Under the pieces are notes generated by a model, which worked only from the letters and a program-made list of their open reading frames with translations, made no database searches and was not told where the DNA came from. From Acidimicrobiia bacterium (lineage in GTDB: Bacteria; Actinomycetota; Acidimicrobiia; Spongiisociales; JAHEDJ01): a DNA stretch of 64,000 nt. The stretch covers positions 1,010-65,009 of the forward strand of contig JARGFH010000011.1 in assembly GCA_029210695.1 (NCBI GenBank), in the 5' to 3' direction. Positions 57,118 to 64,000 of this stretch are shown in pieces (the stretch's first letter is position 1; the number at the start of each line of letters is the position of its first letter). Position numbers and translations under genes: made by a program.

Positions 57118-59247
57118 TTATTCGCCGGGGCGGTACTCCGACTCGAGGTTGGCGAGGATGTCGGCTTCCTCAAACCAGACGGGCCGCAGTTGCCGTTCGA
57201 CAAAGAGCGGGGCTTGGTCTGCGAAGTGAGGTGAGTCGACTCCGAGGGTTGCCGAGCCGAATTGATGGACCGCCTTTGATATCACCGATCCGTCCGGTCG
57301 GAAGGTCACGATCAGAACGTATGCGTCGCCTGCAATACCCTCGAAGTGGCCGTCGTGACGGTCTCCGTAAACGGCATGCAGAAGGTCCGGCGCCCCACCG
57401 ATGCCGAGATCGACATCGCCCCGCACCAACCGATTGACCTCCGACCAACCCGGCTCGACACTCCCGAACTCGTCTTGGAGCGCCGCCACGGACGCCCGCA
57501 ACGCATCTTCGAGGTCCCCGTCGCTCACCTCCAGTGCGGAGCCCATTTGCGACGGATCGAAGTCGACGTCTGCTTCGAGCAGCTGCGCCAGCAGCATGAT
57601 CACGAGGCCCGTCGCCGGATCATCCGGATCGGCTTCCCGATCCCATCTCGCCAGCAGATCCACGGCGGTTTCCAGGTCGGCGCCCCAATCGCCTGCGACG
57701 AGCCTCCCGACCAGGTCGGCCGGAAGCGAGCCTTCGTCGTAGGTCATGTCCCACTTGATCGCCGTCAGCTCGTCGAGGGTGATCGCCTCGTCGGCCGTCA
57801 GCAGCTCGCGCGCACGCAGCGATCGATTCGTCTCCTGATCCTCAACGCCCATGAAGGCGGGGAACGCTCCAAGATCCAGCACCTCGAGTGCCGCCGTCCG
57901 GGGCGTCGAGTTCGAGTTCTGAATGAACCCGCCCTCGGGGTCGACGACCCAGGGAAGGTCATCGAGCGGCACATAGCCGTCCCAGAGCGTGGCGGCGGTA
58001 TCACCCGGCACGTACCCCGACCAGTCAAACGCCGGATCCCGAACGGGGAACAAACCGTGATACAGGTAGGCGATAGTCCCCGTCCGGTCGGCGTATCCGA
58101 CGTTGAACGACGGCAATCCATCCTGGCTGGCGAGTGCGGCCTTCCACTTCTCGAAGGTGTCCGCTTTGTTCATCTTGAAGAGTTGCTCGACGAGGCCGGT
58201 CTCACCGATGCCTGCATAGCGGATCGCGTAGGTACCGTGGTCCTGTCGTATCACCGGGCCGTAGATCGACCAGAGGATCTCCTGCGGGAAGGTCCACCGC
58301 AGCCGGCCGACCAGCCGAACCTCGATGGGAGCCTCCCCCACCTCCAGGGTCAGCCACTCCCCGTCGACTCGGTAGCGGTCGGGATCGTCGGGATCGATTT
58401 CGAGTTCGTAGACGTCGATCAGATCCGGATGATTGACGGTGAACGACCAGGCGAGATCCCGGTTGTGGCCGAGTGCCGGCACCGGCATCCCGGGGAACAG
58501 GGCACCGGTCATGTCCCAGCCTTCGTCGCTGGTCACCTGCGCTTCGTACCAGGCCACGGGGCCCGTCCATGGTTGATGGGAGTTCGATACGAGCATCGTC
58601 TCGCCTCCCGCGCTCCGCTTCGGCGAGACGGCGAACACGTTCGACCCGTAGCGGACCGCCGGGGTGTCTGCTGCGGACAGATCGGGCCGCTCATCTTCGA
58701 AGAGTGCTGCGATCGTGGCCTCCAGGCCGAAGAACAGCGGGACCTTTTGCGTGAAGGCAGCCACCACATCGTGGCCGGTCACCGGGAACAGTCCGCCGAG
58801 CGCCTCGTCGGGGTGGAGTTCCGCGTAGTGATTGATGCCCTCCGCATACGCCTCGCAGATCGCGCGGACCTGCGGTGAGAGTTGCGGCCAGCCCTCTTCC
58901 ACGGTTTGCGGGATCCTGAGCAGGTACACGAAGTAATCGACGGGAGCCGACTCGGCCCCGTAAACGCTGGCGAGGCGTCCGCGGGCGGCGAGGAATGTCT
59001 GCTGGATGGTGAGGAAATCGTCTTCGGCATGTGCAAAGGCGAGGCCGTAGGCGACATCGGCATCGGTCGCCCCCCGAATGTGCGGGATACCGAAGGAGTC
59101 CCGCCTGATGACGGCGTCGTAGGTGCCGGGCGGCGGCCCGATCCCCTCGACCTCGCCGGCAGCCGACTCCGGCCAGAACATCCAGACGGCGGCCGCCAGC
59201 AGCAGCACACTTGCGATCCCAAGGAGCCATTTCTTCCGGCGAGACAT
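57118..59247 (-). CDS. Penicillin-acylase-family Ntn-hydrolase (penicillin amidase / AHL-acylase-like), secreted
   Basis: Signal peptide MSRRKKWLLGIASVLLLAAAVW. Family motifs DSFGIPHIRG ... SNS(H)QPWTG. Confidence 0.8.
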   Translation of the reverse strand: MSRRKKWLLGIASVLLLAAAVWMFWPESAAGEVEGIGPPPGTYDAVIRRDSFGIPHIRGATDADVAYGLAFAHAEDDFLTIQQTFLAARGRLASVYGAESAPVDYFVYLLRIPQTVEEGWPQLSPQVRAICEAYAEGINHYAELHPDEALGGLFPVTGHDVVAAFTQKVPLFFGLEATIAALFEDERPDLSAADTPAVRYGSNVFAVSPKRSAGGETMLVSNSHQPWTGPVAWYEAQVTSDEGWDMTGALFPGMPVPALGHNRDLAWSFTVNHPDLIDVYELEIDPDDPDRYRVDGEWLTLEVGEAPIEVRLVGRLRWTFPQEILWSIYGPVIRQDHGTYAIRYAGIGETGLVEQLFKMNKADTFEKWKAALASQDGLPSFNVGYADRTGTIAYLYHGLFPVRDPAFDWSGYVPGDTAATLWDGYVPLDDLPWVVDPEGGFIQNSNSTPRTAALEVLDLGAFPAFMGVEDQETNRSLRARELLTADEAITLDELTAIKWDMTYDEGSLPADLVGRLVAGDWGADLETAVDLLARWDREADPDDPATGLVIMLLAQLLEADVDFDPSQMGSALEVSDGDLEDALRASVAALQDEFGSVEPGWSEVNRLVRGDVDLGIGGAPDLLHAVYGDRHDGHFEGIAGDAYVLIVTFRPDGSVISKAVHQFGSATLGVDSPHFADQAPLFVERQLRPVWFEEADILANLESEYRPGE

Positions 59248-59362
59248 GGCAGCACGCTACTCGCTGAGGCTCGGATGCTGCGCACCGCGCCGGTGTCACC
59301 CGAGGGTCCGGAGAGAAGCCGCTCAGAGAGGAAACGAAGACGAGACGACATACACTCGTCGC

Positions 59363-59740
59363 ATGCAGCTCACACCAGCCCAACTGGAGTTCCTCACGGA
59401 ACGGCATCTCGGAACACTCACGACCATCCGGGAGGACGGGACACCCCATGTGGTGGCGATCGCGTTCGTCTACCTTCCAGAGGCCGGGACCGTGCAGATC
59501 ATCACCGGCGAGAGTTCCCGCAAGGTTCTGAACGTCGACGCGACCGGACGCGCAGCCGTCTGTCAGGTCGACGGAGGCCGGTGGTTGACGCTGGAAGGAG
59601 CGGCGGTCGTGCATCGTGATCGGGCTGCCGTCGCCACCGCTGAAGCGGCCTTCGAGTCCCGCTACCGAACGCCATCTGCCAATCCGGACCGAGTCGCCAT
59701 CGAGATCGCGGTCGACCGTGTCCTCGGGTCCGGAACCTGA
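59363..59740 (+). CDS. PPOX-class (pyridoxamine 5'-phosphate oxidase fold) F420-dependent protein
   Basis: Residues MQLTPAQLEFLTERHLGTLTTIREDGTPHVVAIAF. Confidence 0.7.
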   Translation: MQLTPAQLEFLTERHLGTLTTIREDGTPHVVAIAFVYLPEAGTVQIITGESSRKVLNVDATGRAAVCQVDGGRWLTLEGAAVVHRDRAAVATAEAAFESRYRTPSANPDRVAIEIAVDRVLGSGT

Positions 59741-59743
59741 CCC

Positions 59744-60937
59744 ATGCGCGAGCACTGGGATCTGGACGGATCCGTCACCTTTCTGAATCATGGTTCGTTC
59801 GGCGCCTCACCCCGTGTGGTGCTCGACCACCAGACGAACCTGCGACGTACGATGGAACGAGAGCCCGTGCGGTTCTTCGCCGATGAGCTCGAAGACCTGG
59901 CGAGATCTGCCCGGGCTGAGCTCGGCAGATTCGTCGGCGCACATCCCGATGACCTGGTCTTCGTCCCGAACGCAACTACCGGTGTCAACACGGTGCTCCG
60001 ATCGCTGTCGTTCCGGCCGGGTGACGAGATTCTCATCACCGACCACGGCTACAACGCCTGCGCCAATGCCGTCCGTTTCGTCGCCGAACGGGCCGCCGCC
60101 GAAGTGGTCACGGTCGCGGTTCCATTCCCCCTCGACGATGAGAATCTGATCGTGGAGCGCATCCTCGAGCGTGTGGGCTCCCGAACCAGGCTCGCCGTGA
60201 TCGACCACATCACGAGCCCGACGGCGCTCGTATTTCCCATCCACCGGATCGTTGCCGCACTTGCCGATCTGGGCGTGGACACCCTGGTCGATGGCGCTCA
60301 TGCGCCGGGCATGATCGATCTCGATGTCGACACGATCGGGGCGGCGTACTACACCGGCAATTGTCACAAGTGGATGTGCGCACCAAAAGGGGCTGCCTTC
60401 CTCCAGGTCCGCAAAGACCGCCAGGATCTGATCGTGCCCACCACCATCAGCCACGGCGCCAACTCACCCCGCGCGGATGTGTCGAGATTCCGGCTGCTGT
60501 TCGACTGGACCGGCACCCACGACCCAACTCCCTACCTGTCGATTCCGATCGCGATCGCCACCATCGATTCCATGCTGGACGGCGGCTGGCCGGCGGTACG
60601 AGCCCGCAATCACGACCTGGCGCTTCGGGCCCGCGACCTCCTCTCCGATGCGCTCCGAATTCCGACCCCGGCCCCGGACGCCCTACTCGGCTCGATGGCC
60701 TCCCTCCCGCTGGCAAACGAACCCCGCCCCTTCTCACCCCGGCAACCACAACCATTGCGAGACGAACTGATGCGCGGCTATCGCATTGAAGCCCCGGTGC
60801 CCTCGTGGCCCGCCCGGCCTCACCGGCTCTTGCGCGTGTCGGCGCATCTCTACAACACACTCGATCAATACCAGAACCTGGCGGACGCGCTCGACGCGAT
60901 CGGGCGTGATCGGGCCCCGGCGCCGGCGCTCGACTGA
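59744..60937 (+). CDS. Class V aminotransferase-fold PLP-dependent enzyme (isopenicillin-N-epimerase / cysteine-desulfurase-like)
   Basis: Residues FLNHGSFGASP ... GNCHKWMCAPKGAAFLQV (PLP-Lys region). Confidence 0.75.
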   Translation: MREHWDLDGSVTFLNHGSFGASPRVVLDHQTNLRRTMEREPVRFFADELEDLARSARAELGRFVGAHPDDLVFVPNATTGVNTVLRSLSFRPGDEILITDHGYNACANAVRFVAERAAAEVVTVAVPFPLDDENLIVERILERVGSRTRLAVIDHITSPTALVFPIHRIVAALADLGVDTLVDGAHAPGMIDLDVDTIGAAYYTGNCHKWMCAPKGAAFLQVRKDRQDLIVPTTISHGANSPRADVSRFRLLFDWTGTHDPTPYLSIPIAIATIDSMLDGGWPAVRARNHDLALRARDLLSDALRIPTPAPDALLGSMASLPLANEPRPFSPRQPQPLRDELMRGYRIEAPVPSWPARPHRLLRVSAHLYNTLDQYQNLADALDAIGRDRAPAPALD

Positions 60938-61090
60938 TCAACCAGGTCCGGGCGGCTCCAACAAGAGCCTGCGGGCACGATCCGGTCATGGTGAACGGCG
61001 CAGGCGGTGCCTGATTCGGATCGATGCTGAGGATGATGCCTGCTCCCCTGGTTACCGCCCCGGATTGAAGTAGCACGCAGGAGTCGCCAT

Positions 61091-61354
61091 TCACCGAGGG
61101 GCGATGTTCTGATTCAGACGGAACACATTGTCTGGGTCGTACCGGGTCTTGAGCTCGACCAGCCGCTCGAGCGCCTCAGGACCGTATGCCACCCGAACGC
61201 GATCAGAGCGCTCGTCGCCGAGGAAACTCAGGTAGGGGTCGCCGGTCGTGTGTGGCCGCATCGCCTCCCAGCTCGTGCGGACCCAGCCCGTGTGGGCATC
61301 GGCGTGTTCATTGTCTGCCCACGTGTGGGGCTGGAACTCGAAGGAGCTGACCAC
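61091..61354 (-). pseudogene. C-terminal fragment (~87 aa) of an FAD-linked oxidase (BBE / berberine-bridge-type C-terminal domain)
   Basis: Residues RVAYGPEALERLVELKTRYDPDNVFRLNQNIAP are a typical BBE C-terminus. No upstream FAD-binding part; the fragment abuts the katG remnant. Confidence 0.6.
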
Positions 61355-61403
61355 CCCGAAGTTGCCTCCGCCACCTACCAGACCCCACAGGAGGTCGGTC
61401 TAG

Positions 61404-62160
<757 letters not shown>

Positions 62161-62649
62161 CCTGATCAGATAGACCTAGCCACAACGACGCAAGCGGAAG
62201 TCGAGCGGGTACGGCTACACGCTGCCCGGTGGGCCTGACAGAACAATCCTTCAACCCAGGTCAGGTGCGGAAGTTTACGAAGCAGACAGTCACGTCCACG
62301 GACGTGGTGTATGGGGGTCCCGTTTGAGGGTGCTTTCCATTGGGTGATCACCGCGTCAGCCTCACAGGTACGTGTTACAGCGACCGTGAGGAGAACGCGG
62401 TGAGCGACGACCTTGCCCAGTAGCCGTCAGTATGGTGGGCCAAGGCCGGAGGACAACCCGACCCCGGACACTACCGAAGGTGCCCTGCCGGTTAGGAGTG
62501 GGAACTTGAAACGCCGGCGAAGACACCGCACCAGACGATAGCTGGCACTTCTTCCCACCAACCCCTGCCGAAGCCGCCGGCAGCGAGACGCCAAGGCTCT
62601 CTCGACGAGTGCGCTGGTCTGCGAGGATTTGGTTTGTCCACGTTCGAAG

Positions 62650-62695
62650 GCCCCCGCATACCGCCGGGGGCCTTCGATTCGTTTCTTGGAGTGTT
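62650..62695 (+). terminator. Rho-independent terminator (gaaggcccccg-catacc-gccgggggccttc followed by gaTTcgTTTcTT)
   Basis: Perfect 11-bp GC-rich stem plus a U-rich tail on the + strand. It ends a ~500-bp stretch with no convincing ORF. Confidence 0.7.
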
Positions 62696-62714
62696 TCTCA
62701 ACTTGTCCGAGAGA

Positions 62715-63044
62715 TTATTCCCCAGGGAATAGCGGCGGTTCCGGCGGCCGCTGCGAGTGCCAAGCACCGTTATTGGCCCACTGGCAGATAGACGCAACCC
62801 CCGGCGGGAAGTACAAGTCGTAGTCCGGTTCACCGTGCGGTGTCTGCACATGGCCTGGGCCCGAAATTGGATCTCCGGGGCCGTCCCCGTCCTGGAGTCC
62901 CGAGAACGCACAGATCGAGTTGTGTGCATCCCCCCGGATCGGCGTCGACTCGCCTTTCCCGTTTATCTCACCGGCGAATGCCGACCCGGCCATCGTCATG
63001 ACCATGGCCGCAGCCAGCATCGCTACTAGAAGCGATCGTCTCAT
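62715..63044 (-). CDS. Small secreted hypothetical protein (signal peptide, 4 Cys)
   Basis: Residues MRRSLLVAMLAAAMVMTMAGSAFAGE. Codon usage is acceptable. Confidence 0.45.
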   Translation of the reverse strand: MRRSLLVAMLAAAMVMTMAGSAFAGEINGKGESTPIRGDAHNSICAFSGLQDGDGPGDPISGPGHVQTPHGEPDYDLYFPPGVASICQWANNGAWHSQRPPEPPLFPGE

Positions 63045-63438
63045 ATCGCAGGTCCCCTCTCGTTTGTCCTGCCCCACTGGTGTGGGCTTGAGCGCAGAAT
63101 ATTCACGGATCGTGACCTATGACGTCGAAAACGGCGATCTTTCTTCAGCCTGCCACTCAGGGTGTGGCGAAGCGCCAGCCTCTGACGATCCGGTTGAGCG
63201 TGGCCTAGCCGAGTGGCCCCGCTTCGTCGGACCGGCGTTGTGCCAGCCGATGCCGGTCTGTTCGACCACCGTCTCGCCCATCACACACTGAAAGTCCCGA
63301 AGTTCATCGAGACCATCGGCAGGTAGCAGGTCGACCGATTGTGGCCCGTCAGCGAGGAGGCGTGTCAAGGGCCATCTTGATGTCCTCGCTGGTGGCCATC
63401 GGCGGTCCTCGCTGGTGGCCAAGAAAGGTCCTTGTGTT

Positions 63439-63822
63439 TTAGGTGTTACCTCCTCCGGTGGTGCGGTGGGTGAGTCGGTAGCTTTGGCCGGTGGTGGTGA
63501 TGATGTGGGCGTGGTGGCAGAGCCGGTCGAGGAGGGAGACGGCGGTGGGTTGGTCGGGGAGGAACCGTCCCCAGTCTTCGAATGGTGAATGTGATGCGAT
63601 GGCGATGGAGCGTTTTTCGTAGGCGGCGGAGATGAGCCGGAACAGGAGTTGGCAGCCGGTGTGGTCGAGGGGCGCAAAGCCGATTTCGTCGACGACGATG
63701 AGGTTGTGGCGGCAGATTTGTTCGATGGTCTTGCCGACAGTGTTGTCGGCGAGGGCCCGCCATAGTGTTTCGACGAGTTCGATGGCGGTGTAGTAGCGGA
63801 CCCGGTGGCCGGGTATCCCCTC
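63439..63822 (-). mobile_element. istB: IS21-family istB (helper ATPase) gene, C-terminal 127 codons only, 5'-truncated
   Basis: Minus-strand translation ...GHRVRYYTAIELVETLWRALADNTVGKTIEQICRHNLIVVDEIGFAPLD...IASHSPFEDWGRFLPDQPTAVSLLDRLCHHAHIITTTGQSYRLTHR*. Short direct repeats (cctcgctggtggcca x2) lie downstream, as at IS21 termini. Confidence 0.75.
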
Positions 63823-64000
63823 AAACCGTGGAGACTTCCACTATGAGGAGATGTCATGTCAGAGATACGAAGGAAGTATGACCCCGAGTTCCGTGAGGGG
63901 GCCGTGCGGATCGTGCGTGAGACGGGCAAGTCGATCGCTCAGGTGGCCAGGGATCTGGGGATCAACCCGGGCACCCTGGGCAACTGGGTGGGCCGGGACC
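63823..64000 (+). mobile_element. IS3-family insertion sequence, left end and start of orfA (transposase HTH subunit, from 63856), running off the window
   Basis: [48 protein letters not shown] matches the IS3/IS911 OrfA N-terminus. The junction with istB lies about 63820-63830 (the element starts TGGAGACTTCC). Confidence 0.75.

Noticed and set aside
62230-62300. SRP-RNA (ffs) call
   Set aside because: Only a partial match to the domain IV consensus (AGGTCAGGTGCGGAAG...GAAGCAG), with a 5-nt insertion. No convincing helix 8 could be folded by eye. Kept as a low-confidence note inside a finding, not as a feature.

Overview
This window is high-GC (about 65-70%) and codes on both strands. It looks like Actinobacteria chromosome: F420-dependent LLM and PPOX enzymes, a WhiB7-type regulator, a SigB-like sigma factor, PspC-domain signalling proteins and a MIRU-like minisatellite. 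Reading left to right, it holds:
- Two orphan GAF-domain histidine kinases, at 343..1587 and 27050..29113.
- A formate-tetrahydrofolate ligase, TetR and an SRAP/YedK protein.
- An ArsR-type regulator, two F420-dependent LLM oxidoreductases and a PPOX-class protein.
- A translationally coupled Nif3 / zinc-ribbon (COG1579) / RNase H / DUF457 operon.
- An MgtC-DUF4010 membrane protein and a degenerate stand-alone receiver-like protein.
- tRNA-Val(TAC), followed by a 53-bp x5.6 tandem minisatellite plus (GGCCGTG)4 and (GCAATTG)3 microsatellites.
- An orphan Flp-type pilin gene flanked by two copies of a ~70-bp conserved element that carries a TGACGTCA palindrome; one copy sits upstream of a group-2 (SigB-like) sigma-70 gene.
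- A WhiB7-type regulator (AT-hook) with a ~360-nt leader.
- A purine-catabolism cluster: a three-subunit xanthine-dehydrogenase-family enzyme, adenosine deaminase and an 8-oxoguanine/guanine-deaminase-like amidohydrolase.
- A PspC-domain histidine kinase / LuxR response regulator / PspC-domain protein envelope-stress module.
- A MoxR-DUF58-DUF4129 module.
- A lipid/steroid-type beta-oxidation block: an overlapping acyl-CoA dehydrogenase pair, thiolase, MaoC hydratase, APH-family kinase, SDR, nitronate monooxygenase and a penicillin-acylase-family hydrolase.
- Oligopeptidase B and an ornithine cyclodeaminase / FAD-oxidase pair.
- A decayed end region: a fragment of a BBE-type FAD oxidase, a frameshifted katG remnant, an IS21 istB remnant, and an IS3-family element that truncates istB and runs off the window.

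No CRISPR array, rRNA or obvious defence island was found. The most unusual signals are non-coding: the tRNA-linked minisatellite, the same GCAATTG heptamer microsatellite at two unlinked loci, the duplicated TGACGTCA element around the flp and sigma genes, and palindromic duplicated elements at the window start.
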